Origin: Candidatus Melainabacteria bacterium
Lineage (GTDB): Bacteria; Cyanobacteriota; Vampirovibrionia; LMEP-6097
Length of the DNA stretch: 64,000 nt
Reading direction: 5' to 3'
NCBI GenBank assembly: GCA_005110385.1
Contig: DUDT01000013.1
Coordinates: 22,136-86,135, forward strand
Position numbers and translations under genes: made by a program. Below are positions 30,796-40,478 of the stretch, one piece after another. Position 1 is the stretch's first letter, and each line of letters opens with the position of its first letter. The notes beneath the pieces are model-generated. The model ran no database searches and was not told the DNA's origin. It worked only from the letters and a program-made list of their open reading frames with translations.

Positions 30796-30895
30796 GAATT
30801 AAAAAAGATACTAATTTTAGAATTTCATCAGATATTATTTTTGGGGAAAAATGACCCCTTAAAATTTCATATTCATAAAGAGCAAAATATCTTTT

Positions 30896-31417
30896 ATGGA
30901 TGCATACGTAGAAGAAGACGCCGTATATTTCGCCACTAGAGATAAAATAGCCTTCGCAAAATATTCACCCTTAATAAGAAACAGAATCGAAAGCGGCTGC
31001 ATAAAAGCTTCTCAACAGATAACACCCCCTAAGCAGAAAATTACAGCTTCACTAAAGAGATATCATGCAGCTGAGCATAAAGTCTATAACTGCTTTATGC
31101 GGAAAACGGCTAAATGCTCAGCTGATATTAGCAAAAAAGACCTACAGGATTTAATCCCAAATATGGCTGAAGCCAAGGCGAGCAGTAGCTTTTCACTTTT
31201 CTGCGGCAGCACTCAGGCTTACTTATTAATTATTAGTATGAGCTTACTCATAGTCTTAAATCTTTTCCTTAATAGCATTTTAAGTATTTGCCTAAGCTTG
31301 GGTTTAGGAATACTCAGCATATACTTCATTCAGAAAAATTTTTTTTTAGAAGAGCCTAGTGAAAAGGAGCTAAAACTTGCACTTAGAGCTTTAAACGAAT
31401 TATTAAAAGGAGAATAA
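30896..31417 (+). CDS. DUF1385-like membrane protein
   Basis: YHAAEHKVYNC, CGS, EPSEKELKLA pattern. Confidence 0.6.
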   Translation: MDAYVEEDAVYFATRDKIAFAKYSPLIRNRIESGCIKASQQITPPKQKITASLKRYHAAEHKVYNCFMRKTAKCSADISKKDLQDLIPNMAEAKASSSFSLFCGSTQAYLLIISMSLLIVLNLFLNSILSICLSLGLGILSIYFIQKNFFLEEPSEKELKLALRALNELLKGE

Positions 31418-31420
31418 ATC

Positions 31421-31873
31421 ATGCAAATCAGCACAATTAGTATTAGTACCATAAGCTACATCGGCATTCATTACCTGAGCCATAAACTCACTCATAGATA
31501 TTTTGATCGAATAAAAGTATTAAAAAGTCCGAGTATTAATATCATTTCAAACCCTATTTTTAAAGCAAAAGCTCACGACTATAGCATCTTAACTTCAGTC
31601 GGCACTACAGTTTTTGCGATATTTTTAATCCAAATATTACCTATGCTTTTTAAAATCATTAAAGATCTCGCTTCGGACTTTAATGTCTCAGTAGTTTTCT
31701 CAGACTCTTACCTAAACTCCGGTGTTTTAGATAGTTTCGAGCGTTTTTCAGCTCTTATAGCTCAGGCAGCTGAATTATTACAGCAAATATCACCCTTAAT
31801 AGCAATTTTCATCGGTGGCTATAACCTATTAAGTAACTTATCTCGCGGCATGGCTGCTATAAAGATCAAATAA
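31421..31873 (+). CDS. Hydrophobic membrane protein, possibly pilin/VirB2-like
   Basis: GGAG RBS; hydrophobic helices; position before the ATPase gene. Confidence 0.5.
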   Translation: MQISTISISTISYIGIHYLSHKLTHRYFDRIKVLKSPSINIISNPIFKAKAHDYSILTSVGTTVFAIFLIQILPMLFKIIKDLASDFNVSVVFSDSYLNSGVLDSFERFSALIAQAAELLQQISPLIAIFIGGYNLLSNLSRGMAAIKIK

Positions 31874-31900
31874 AATTCAGTAAATATCAAAATAATTCAG

Positions 31901-34051
31901 ATGATAAAAAAATACTTTGCTTTAAAAAAAGATATAGAAGTCTTTAGTGGACTAAGTTTAAAAGAAATTTCATTAGGAACTCTATTTCTAAGCTTATATC
32001 TTTATTTAATACAGCTACTTCAAATACAGATAGATAGTCCACTTGCTATATGGATTCTAAGTAGCTTTACTTTTATCTGGATTTGCTATCGCAGTACTAA
32101 ACTGAATCTTAGCGAAAGTCATTTCTTTATAAAATATATAAGCTATGCACTATTAGTTAAACCTAAAAACCAATCAGAATCTTGCTTAAACAGCATGCAT
32201 GAGAAAATCAATTACTTATTTAAAATTCCTAAAAAAGTAAAATCCTACAGTAAAAGCTACCGAATCAAAAAGTTAATTAATTACTCTACAGCAAGTAAAC
32301 TGGAAGCAGATCAATTAAAGCTTCTCTGGCAAAGGCTTCTAGAAAATACACTAACGTATCGAAATTCTAAAACTGAAATTAAATTCAGAATCTTTATCAA
32401 TGCAGAAGATGTCAAAGAGACTGATATGACCAAAAATAGGCATTCTCAAAATGAAGAGAAAATATTTCACCCATATAGATTTTTAGAAATCGAGGTAAAC
32501 AGTAATGCGAAGAAGACTTTAGAACAAGTAGAATATCATCTAGAACTCTTCAGTAGCGCAAACAACCTTGATCTAGAAATCATTTCAGATACTGAAAAAA
32601 CCAATAAAAATAACTTCAAAGAAAGAATTAATTATATTAAAAGTAATGAATATATTAAATGCCTTTCCCTAAAAGATCTTGAGCTTGAAAGTGCTAACTT
32701 CGAAGCATTAAATAATTTTCTAAAGAACCTAAACTGCACTAGTGAATTATGTATCATTTTATGGGAGCGAAATTTAAATCGAGAGAAATCTATAATTAGC
32801 CATAAGGTAAACTTTCTAGAAAGTTTTACTAAAGCAGCACTGAGCAATAAAAGCCACTTAAATTCCCTAAAATCACTCTACCAAGAGATCTATGATAATA
32901 GTTTCATTGCAGATTTACAAATCATACTCAAGTTATACAGCTCTAGTAAAGAAACTCTAGAAAAAAATATCCTAAAAATAGCTACTAGCCAGTCATTATT
33001 TAGTTTTAACGAAGCTAAATATTTACAGCGACAATTCTATACAGAAGAACTGACGAAACTCCCATTTTTAATAACATCTAAAGACTTAAGTCACTTAAAT
33101 CCATTTATAGAAGATAGAACATGTATGGAGAACGGAGCATTAATTGGCTATAAGCTAGATGATAAATCCTTAGTATATTTCACACCTGAAAATACTAAAT
33201 TCTGCAATAATAAGTCTATTAATTTCATAGGTGACTCTGGCTCGGGAAAGTCACTTGCTGTAAAGCTTTTAATTAAAAGATGCTTTAACCCTAAAGCTAA
33301 ATTTATTATTTTAGATAGTACTTTACTTGGCTGGGAATTTTTTACTGCTTATATGGGCGGGGAAATTTATAATTCCCCCGAATCATTTAATAACTTATTA
33401 CTGTTTAAAAAAAATATAAGCTTAGTTAATTTTCATAGCATTGAGAAGAATAAAGCTCAGACAAATATGTACCTAGAAAACATTTTCTTACAAATAGAAA
33501 ATGCAGTAGGGGAGCTAGATAGCACTATTTATTTAGTGATAGACGAAGCTTGGAAATTAATTTACGAAGAAGAGAACCTTATTAGTAAAAAGCTTATCAG
33601 CAAATTAGCACGCACTGGCAGAGCTATGAATTTAGGCTTATGGACCATATCTCAGAAGCCTTCAGATTTAACTCGTGATATACACTCCTCTGCTGCAAGT
33701 AGTTTCATTTTCCAATGTAAAGAAAATACTGATAAAGCAGAACTAAATAGCCACTTAAATCTTAATGAGCGGGAACTTAGGCTACTAGAGTCGCAGGAGA
33801 TTAAAGATAGAGGAACAGCTCTACTAAAAACCTCTAAATTCTCTGGTTTAATTAAATTTAAAGCAGATGAGGATGAACTATTTTTAACGAATTCTAGTGC
33901 AGAGGTAGTTAGGGAAAGGCAGTTAATCTTTAATGAAATTAAAGCAGCTAATCTAAAAAATTCTAACTACAAGGAAAATATAGAAGATATGAGTATCGCA
34001 AGATACACCCTGAAAAAAATGCAGGAAAAAATATATGGTACTAAAATATAA
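31901..34051 (+). CDS. VirB4/TraG-family ATPase with an N-terminal PrgI/VirB3-like membrane module
   Basis: Walker A GDSGSGKS, Walker B LVIDEAW, ARTGR..LWTISQ; N-terminal VFSGLSLKEI plus two TMs. Confidence 0.75.
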   Translation: MIKKYFALKKDIEVFSGLSLKEISLGTLFLSLYLYLIQLLQIQIDSPLAIWILSSFTFIWICYRSTKLNLSESHFFIKYISYALLVKPKNQSESCLNSMHEKINYLFKIPKKVKSYSKSYRIKKLINYSTASKLEADQLKLLWQRLLENTLTYRNSKTEIKFRIFINAEDVKETDMTKNRHSQNEEKIFHPYRFLEIEVNSNAKKTLEQVEYHLELFSSANNLDLEIISDTEKTNKNNFKERINYIKSNEYIKCLSLKDLELESANFEALNNFLKNLNCTSELCIILWERNLNREKSIISHKVNFLESFTKAALSNKSHLNSLKSLYQEIYDNSFIADLQIILKLYSSSKETLEKNILKIATSQSLFSFNEAKYLQRQFYTEELTKLPFLITSKDLSHLNPFIEDRTCMENGALIGYKLDDKSLVYFTPENTKFCNNKSINFIGDSGSGKSLAVKLLIKRCFNPKAKFIILDSTLLGWEFFTAYMGGEIYNSPESFNNLLLFKKNISLVNFHSIEKNKAQTNMYLENIFLQIENAVGELDSTIYLVIDEAWKLIYEEENLISKKLISKLARTGRAMNLGLWTISQKPSDLTRDIHSSAASSFIFQCKENTDKAELNSHLNLNERELRLLESQEIKDRGTALLKTSKFSGLIKFKADEDELFLTNSSAEVVRERQLIFNEIKAANLKNSNYKENIEDMSIARYTLKKMQEKIYGTKI

Positions 34052-34634
34052 CTCTTTAAAATATTTACTTAAAATACTTTACCTACCCTCGATAGTAAAA
34101 ATATTATTGACTGCAATCGCCTTTCTATTCATATCTCTAGCTTTAGCGACTTGTGAAATTTATCACTGCAAGAAGCTTTTAAATAGCAAGAATCGAGTTT
34201 TTATTGATAATAGTATTTTCAGAAACAACGAAAATTCTAAGAATACTACAGCTAAAGCAGCTCTAATGACTGGTGAAAATAATAATTTCAGTATAAAAAA
34301 CTTCACGCAAGTGTATCTATCTAAGCTGTTTTCAAAGGATATTAATGACAAGCAAGAACAATCTCAATGGTTAAAAGAAAATACTGAAGAGACTTTTTTC
34401 ACCCAATATTTAATGCAAGAAATAGATACTCGCAGTCAAAACAAGATTAAGAGCGAATTTCAAATAAATAAAATATACACAGAAAATATAGATAGTATTT
34501 TAGTAAAAGTTATCTGTTTCGGAAAAGAAACTTTCACTGATTTAGAAAGCTCTGCACGTAATTTAATCATAGAGATACTTATAAACACTGAAACTCACAG
34601 ATTAGAGAAAATCTTATCCATAAAAGAAAATTAA
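34035..34634 (+). CDS. Bitopic membrane protein, possibly VirB8/TraK-like
   Basis: Single N-terminal TM, then a mixed alpha/beta domain; context. Confidence 0.5.
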   Translation: MVLKYNSLKYLLKILYLPSIVKILLTAIAFLFISLALATCEIYHCKKLLNSKNRVFIDNSIFRNNENSKNTTAKAALMTGENNNFSIKNFTQVYLSKLFSKDINDKQEQSQWLKENTEETFFTQYLMQEIDTRSQNKIKSEFQINKIYTENIDSILVKVICFGKETFTDLESSARNLIIEILINTETHRLEKILSIKEN

Positions 34635-34635
34635 A

Positions 34636-35814
34636 ATGCGAATATTTCCCCTAGTTTTATTTTTACTTATAAGTACTCCCAGTCATGCCTTTAGGCTTGG
34701 TGATATTATCAGAATCGCTGATAGTCAAGCAAATAAATATCCAGAAATAGATAATCGTCGCATCTATTTTCATACAGGTAGCAGTCCCCTAGCACCCTTA
34801 GAGACGCCTGATGATTTTATTTTAAGATCTACCGAACTTAGTAAACAGACTATCGAGAGAACTTTTACCTTAGGTGCTGCAAATAAAATCATCGGTCTAG
34901 CTGATGGCATAATCAATGTCAAATATCAAGTACAAGATGGCGTTAATAACGCTCTCAAAGATACTTTCACTGGTTTTTTTGAATATCAAAGGCGTAAAAC
35001 TAGTGAGGAGATTTTAAATAGTAATTTACAGGCACATCTTGACTGTATAAATTTTCTAAATGAGGATTTAATGAATAGCTCAACTGATACTAATTTAATG
35101 ATAATTCTAGAGAAAATAATGAAAACACCACTTGCAGAGAACACTTTCTCATTTCTGCAAAAAATTATTCTTTTACTATTAATACTTTCAAGTATGTTTA
35201 AAATTCTAGATATAGCTTTTTTCAAAAGTAGCCCTAAAACAGCTCACCAAGAGACTAATGAATTTAAAAACCTTTTCAGCAGCTTATTTTTAACAATAAG
35301 CTTATTAATAATGCTAGATAGTATCTGGGACTTTATTTTCAAAGGTTTTAGCTTGATAAATAATGGATTTAACAGCCTACTTAATAATGAATCATTAAGT
35401 TTTTCTCTCTTTCATAATCATGAAACACTGCTAATTGAAAGCTGGACAGCGATATTAAATGATTATGGTTATTTCCCAGGTTTGATATTAGCTTTCATTG
35501 ACAGTATTTCACAATTTATATTCATCATAAGCCTTCTTGGCAGCATCATTTTAGTTATTTTCGCTAAAGTGTTTTCACCAGTATTTCTCCTAAATAACCT
35601 AGATAAGAATCCCTTTAGTATTTTCTCTTACAGCCTGAGAATTCTTTTAGGAATAAGCCTTTTACCATTTGGCTTTAACTTTCTCTATAAAATTCTCTCC
35701 GAATTTAGCTTTAATAATCTAAGTTATTTTATTTACGTATGTTTTTCTATACTCAGTTTACTTTTATTAAGTGTTATTCAGATATTTTTTATATTCAGGT
35801 TAAAAAAGCAGTAA
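34636..35814 (+). CDS. Polytopic membrane protein with signal peptide, possibly VirB6/TrbL-like
   Basis: Signal peptide (SHA-F), soluble region, then several TMs. Confidence 0.55.
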   Translation: MRIFPLVLFLLISTPSHAFRLGDIIRIADSQANKYPEIDNRRIYFHTGSSPLAPLETPDDFILRSTELSKQTIERTFTLGAANKIIGLADGIINVKYQVQDGVNNALKDTFTGFFEYQRRKTSEEILNSNLQAHLDCINFLNEDLMNSSTDTNLMIILEKIMKTPLAENTFSFLQKIILLLLILSSMFKILDIAFFKSSPKTAHQETNEFKNLFSSLFLTISLLIMLDSIWDFIFKGFSLINNGFNSLLNNESLSFSLFHNHETLLIESWTAILNDYGYFPGLILAFIDSISQFIFIISLLGSIILVIFAKVFSPVFLLNNLDKNPFSIFSYSLRILLGISLLPFGFNFLYKILSEFSFNNLSYFIYVCFSILSLLLLSVIQIFFIFRLKKQ

Positions 35815-35825
35815 AATCAAAAAAA

Positions 35826-37169
35826 ATGAAAGCTAAAAAACTTAACAAAGAACAGCTTCATAAGCTCCTTGTACTAACAAGTTCATATCTGCATGACTCA
35901 GCAAATCTATTCAGCTTAGCAAACAGTTCATTAAAAGATATTAGTAAAAAGCTCTCAAAAGAAGGAAAAGCTGTTCTTAGCAGCGAAGAGCTTAATGATT
36001 TAAACCATTTAATAAGCTTCTTAAAAGGCAGTGAGTATCATTTTAGAGAAATATTTACAGAGATACAGAATTCACAAAATAGTACTCAGACAGAGTTTCA
36101 TAATTATTCCAAATCAATTATAGACTTGAAAGATCTAATAGAGCTTGAATTGATGGAGATTTTCACTTTAAAAAGAGTTAAAACCGAAGATAATATATAC
36201 CAAAATAATGCCTTGATATACGGAAATTTTTCTTTAATAGCTAAAGCGGTTTTTAACTTAATAGAAAATGCTCTAAAACACAGTTCTGGACAAGTAAAAA
36301 TCAGCTTAGATGACTCTAAAGATTACTGGAAGCTGAAAATACTATCATTGGAAAACAGTTTTAACCTAGACCTAGAAAAATCATTTAAGAATCTAGATCC
36401 TAAAACCTCTGGGCATGGCTTAAAATCGGTATCCGAGATACTTAAATATAATGATATAGAACTTGATATAAGCTCCCTACTTAATCAAGGAACTGTGATC
36501 AGCTTATTTTTCCCTAAATATCAAGAGCCTAAAAAAGAAATAAACAACATCACTAAAATTCGGAGTAATATAAATCTTAAAAATTCACTTATTCTACTTA
36601 GTCTAATTATTCTGCTTTTTCTAACAAATATATTTAAGACTGAACTGGAAATTCAACAGCAAATAAATCAATCAGCAAGATCCAAACTCTCTCACAAAGA
36701 AGAAATATTACTAAAAAATTTTAAACATGTCATAGATAACAATTCTGATTATTTAGCTAACTATGAATCTCTAAATAAAATTATCCTCAACAACAAACAA
36801 CAACTAACTAGTAAAGAAGATTTAAACTCGGCAGCAGTATTACTGAAAAAAATTATCCTTAAAGAAAAATTTCTTAAATTTAATAATACCAAGCTAGAAG
36901 CATCTCAAATAGAAACTTTAAAAGAATTCAGCCATAATATAGACAATCTCTATGAATTAGATTATTTTTTAGCTGACCAATATAAAATATATGGCGATTT
37001 TAAAAATCAATGCCTACACGAATTCAAAGCTTTTTATAAACAGCTTCTGAGCTGGGCTGTACCAAACCTAGAGAGAAAGATTTTAGAAACTGGAGATATA
37101 GAATTAAGCTTGAGATTATTAATAATCAAGAAACTACCCCTGAAAGACTCTCCAAGCCAAGCACTTTAA
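35826..37169 (+). CDS. Histidine kinase-like protein with an N-terminal kinase core, then a TM and C-terminal domain
   Basis: H-box YLHDSAN, N-box FNLIENALKHS, G-box SGHGL; TM after the kinase core. Confidence 0.7.
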   Translation: MKAKKLNKEQLHKLLVLTSSYLHDSANLFSLANSSLKDISKKLSKEGKAVLSSEELNDLNHLISFLKGSEYHFREIFTEIQNSQNSTQTEFHNYSKSIIDLKDLIELELMEIFTLKRVKTEDNIYQNNALIYGNFSLIAKAVFNLIENALKHSSGQVKISLDDSKDYWKLKILSLENSFNLDLEKSFKNLDPKTSGHGLKSVSEILKYNDIELDISSLLNQGTVISLFFPKYQEPKKEINNITKIRSNINLKNSLILLSLIILLFLTNIFKTELEIQQQINQSARSKLSHKEEILLKNFKHVIDNNSDYLANYESLNKIILNNKQQLTSKEDLNSAAVLLKKIILKEKFLKFNNTKLEASQIETLKEFSHNIDNLYELDYFLADQYKIYGDFKNQCLHEFKAFYKQLLSWAVPNLERKILETGDIELSLRLLIIKKLPLKDSPSQAL

Positions 37170-38223
37170 TAATTTCAGCAGCATCAGCGGGATAAGTCTC
37201 ATTTTCATCCATATCTACTTCTTTAATCGCCGTAGAAGGGTCTTTCAAGCCATTACCAGTGAGTATACAGACCACAGTCGAATTCTCTTGTACTAGCCCT
37301 TGCTTAGCAGCTTTTAAAAGACCAGCGACTCCAGTCGCAGAAGAGGGCTCGCAGGCTATACCATCCATTTGATGCAAGAGTTTATAAGCATCTAATATCT
37401 CACGATCTGTAACCGAATCAATATGACCATTAGACTCACTTAAAGCCCTATTAGCCTGCTCCCAGCTCGCTGGATTACCAATACGAATAGCGGTAGCTAT
37501 AGTTTCTGGTTTATCAAAAACTCGTTTATTTACTATAGGTGAAGCCCCTTCTGCCTGAAAGCCATACATATGAGGTGTTTTCTGATTCTCTGGAACATAC
37601 TCTTGAAAACCTTTCCAGTATGCTGTTATATTACCCGCATTACCTACAGGCAAAAAAAGATAGTCCGGACTTTCGCCAAGCTCATCTACTATCTCAAAAG
37701 CTCCAGTCTTCTGCCCCTCAATACGATAAGGGTTTAATGAATTAACAAGTTCAATAGGATAATTCTCAGATAGAGATTTTACTATATTTAAAGCATCATC
37801 AAAATTACCCCTAACTTGAATAACCTTAGAACCATAGATCATCGCCTGTGAGAGCTTTCCAAGTGCAACATAGCCTGCTGGAATAATGACAAAAGATTCC
37901 ATTTCATAGCCCATAGCTCTTACTCTTGAAGCATAGGCAGCAGCAGCAGCACTAGTGTTACCAGTACTTGCACAGATAATTTTTTTAGCCCCTTTCTCTA
38001 CAGCCTTCGATACAGCCATAGTCATACCTCTATCCTTGAAAGATCCAGATGGATTAAGTCCCTCTATTTTACAAAAAACTTTTAAACCCTTAACGCCTGT
38101 AAGCTTAGCGACATTCATCGCTTCCACAAGTGGCGTACGCCCCTCACAGAGACTAACGATCGGCGTAGCATCCGTCACTGGTAAATATTTTTTATATCTA
38201 TGAATAATCCCTTGATAATGCAT
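37126..38223 (-). CDS. thrC: Threonine synthase
   Basis: NPSGSFKDRG, CASTGNTS, PVGNAGN, LTGNGLKD. Confidence 0.96.
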   Translation of the reverse strand: MHYQGIIHRYKKYLPVTDATPIVSLCEGRTPLVEAMNVAKLTGVKGLKVFCKIEGLNPSGSFKDRGMTMAVSKAVEKGAKKIICASTGNTSAAAAAYASRVRAMGYEMESFVIIPAGYVALGKLSQAMIYGSKVIQVRGNFDDALNIVKSLSENYPIELVNSLNPYRIEGQKTGAFEIVDELGESPDYLFLPVGNAGNITAYWKGFQEYVPENQKTPHMYGFQAEGASPIVNKRVFDKPETIATAIRIGNPASWEQANRALSESNGHIDSVTDREILDAYKLLHQMDGIACEPSSATGVAGLLKAAKQGLVQENSTVVCILTGNGLKDPSTAIKEVDMDENETYPADAAEIIKVLGLESLSGVVS

Positions 38224-38267
38224 AATTTAGTGATTCAAAGTATAAATCTTATCATTAATAAAAAGAC

Positions 38268-39461
38268 TTAAAAATTCACTAAATTATATTGAGTATCTCT
38301 CTGTGCAGCCTTGCGTCCGCAAGCTTCAATAAAATATTCCATTTGCTGAACTGAGGTTCTATATGTCGTATTAGCAGCAGAGACGACATTCTCCTCCATC
38401 ATATTTCCACCTAAATCATTACAGCCAAAATTTAAAGAAAGCTGACCGATTTCATGACCTTGCGTCACCCAGCTAGCTTGGAAATTCTTAAAATTATCTA
38501 AAAATATCCGAGAAACAGCAAGCGAACGCAAATATTCTTCACCAGATGAATCTTTATTATATTTAGGTAATTTCCCGTCACGCTCATAAGCATTCATTAT
38601 CTTCCCAAGTGGTGTATCTCCACGCTGAAAATTCCAAAGTACAAAGGCTGTAAAACCATTAGTCCTGTCTTGTAAATCACGTAAGGCTTTTAAATGTTCA
38701 ACTCTGTCTTCATAAGTCTCCACATGACCATACATCATAGTCGCAGATGATTTAAAACCTATACTATGAGCGACTTCCATTATATCTAGCCAACGCTGTG
38801 AATTAATCTTTTTAGGAGCAATAATCAACCTCACTCTCTCCGTAAGGATTTCAGCACCAGCGCCTGGTAAAGAGTCCATTCCAGCCTCCTTTAAAGCTAA
38901 AAGAACTATCTTAATTTCTTCTAAACTAGGTTCTTTAATATCAGCAATTTTAGTGCCATCCCCGTAAGCAAAAACAGAAGTGAAGTATTTCTCTGCAATA
39001 TGATTAATCTCTGATGGACTCAGAGCATGCAATGTTACAGAAGGAAAATCCCTTTTAATATTAATAAACAGCTCTTGATAATAATCCAAACCTAGTTCTG
39101 GATTATGACCTCCCTGCAAAAGGATCTCCGTACCATTTATAGCAACAAGTTCTGCAATCTTAGGTTTTATTTGTGTCTCATAATCTAATGTATAAGCTGG
39201 ATTAGATTTATCATCGACACCAGGATAAGTATAAAATGCACAAAAGCTACAACTCGCTGTGCAAACATTACTGTAATTAATATTACGCTGCACTACATAA
39301 GTCACAGCTTCATTATCAGGGTGAAGCTTTCGGCGTTTTTCATTAGCTACGTAAGCCAATTCCAAGAGATCAGCATTCTCAAAAAGCTCAAGAGCTTCTT
39401 CTGAAGTGACTCGCTGCCCTTTTAGAGCTTTATTTAATATAGGGTTTGACGTTAAAAGCAT
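38268..39461 (-). CDS. mqnC: Cyclic dehypoxanthine futalosine synthase (radical SAM, CofH/MqnC family)
   Basis: RNINYSNVCTASCSFCAF, LLQGGHNP, SWVTQG, MEENVVSAA. Confidence 0.88.
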   Translation of the reverse strand: MLLTSNPILNKALKGQRVTSEEALELFENADLLELAYVANEKRRKLHPDNEAVTYVVQRNINYSNVCTASCSFCAFYTYPGVDDKSNPAYTLDYETQIKPKIAELVAINGTEILLQGGHNPELGLDYYQELFINIKRDFPSVTLHALSPSEINHIAEKYFTSVFAYGDGTKIADIKEPSLEEIKIVLLALKEAGMDSLPGAGAEILTERVRLIIAPKKINSQRWLDIMEVAHSIGFKSSATMMYGHVETYEDRVEHLKALRDLQDRTNGFTAFVLWNFQRGDTPLGKIMNAYERDGKLPKYNKDSSGEEYLRSLAVSRIFLDNFKNFQASWVTQGHEIGQLSLNFGCNDLGGNMMEENVVSAANTTYRTSVQQMEYFIEACGRKAAQRDTQYNLVNF

Positions 39462-39475
39462 GAGCTAATTACATT

Positions 39476-40354
39476 TTAGCTCAGTTTAGCAGCCTTATCC
39501 TTCTGTGCCTGAAGATACATGGAATATAATAAATTACCAGTCTCAGAAATAGTCGCAGAAAGGTTACCGGTTAAATTCCGTGCATCATCGTTCCCCTCTA
39601 ACCATGGCGAGAATGAATTCACCAAACTATCCAAGAAAAATGCGGCACCCATCTTCTTAATAAATTTATCCTTACCATTAATAACTTTATCCGCATCAGC
39701 TACCATACCTACGACAGACCTAGACCAGCGAATTAATTTATGTATGAATAAATTAAGCTTTTCACCTCTACCAAAAACCATGCCATAAAAGAATGGCAAA
39801 GAAAACCCTGGAACCACAGTTAATCTTGAAAAATGCTTAAATTTATCTTTACCAGCCTGAATCTCCCTTAAAGAGTGCTTCATCATAGTTTTCATATTCT
39901 TAAAAATAGAAGACAAATGATCCATTCGATTCCGAGACTGTGTTTTATGCTCCTCTACGTCAGGATTCTCTTGAAAAAACTCACGAGTCTGCTTATCAAG
40001 AGAATTATAAGCAGCTAAAAGTCCAGTAAAAAAAGGTAAATTAGAGACGTGTCCAGCAAGCATCTTCATCATTGGACTTAGCTCTGCTATTCCACGCCAA
40101 AAATTCTCTGGTTCTGCCAGCTTTTTAATTGCATTTAAAGCTAGAGGTATTGGACTTAGATATTTAGAATAAGTACTCGCTATATTTACGACCAAATCCT
40201 TATGAATACTAAGCATTGGGATATCTCTACCTGAAAGCCCAGAACCAGATGCAGTCGCAGCAGCTATATGCGACGTCGCTCCAAAAGCTGCAAGCCCAAA
40301 TTTGGCTTTATTAATAAACGGTTCCGCCGCCGATAGTGTAGCGCTGAGTTTCAT
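39476..40354 (-). CDS. Hypothetical helical membrane-associated protein
   Basis: 292-aa ORF; weak resemblance to the ORF at the right edge. Confidence 0.7.
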   Translation of the reverse strand: MKLSATLSAAEPFINKAKFGLAAFGATSHIAAATASGSGLSGRDIPMLSIHKDLVVNIASTYSKYLSPIPLALNAIKKLAEPENFWRGIAELSPMMKMLAGHVSNLPFFTGLLAAYNSLDKQTREFFQENPDVEEHKTQSRNRMDHLSSIFKNMKTMMKHSLREIQAGKDKFKHFSRLTVVPGFSLPFFYGMVFGRGEKLNLFIHKLIRWSRSVVGMVADADKVINGKDKFIKKMGAAFFLDSLVNSFSPWLEGNDDARNLTGNLSATISETGNLLYSMYLQAQKDKAAKLS

Positions 40355-40478
40355 TAATTTAAGACATTATTCGCCCATTATGTCTTAACATTTTAGCAAA
40401 TTGGTATTACACTTAACATAAAATCTAATAACTAATTAACTCTTAAGCCATAAGTTATATACTAAGCATACTGAACAC

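Noticed and set aside
40358-40388. Inverted repeat TTAAGACAT..ATGTCTTAA between divergent genes
   Set aside because: Could be an operator, but it is a single AT-rich instance with no regulator nearby.
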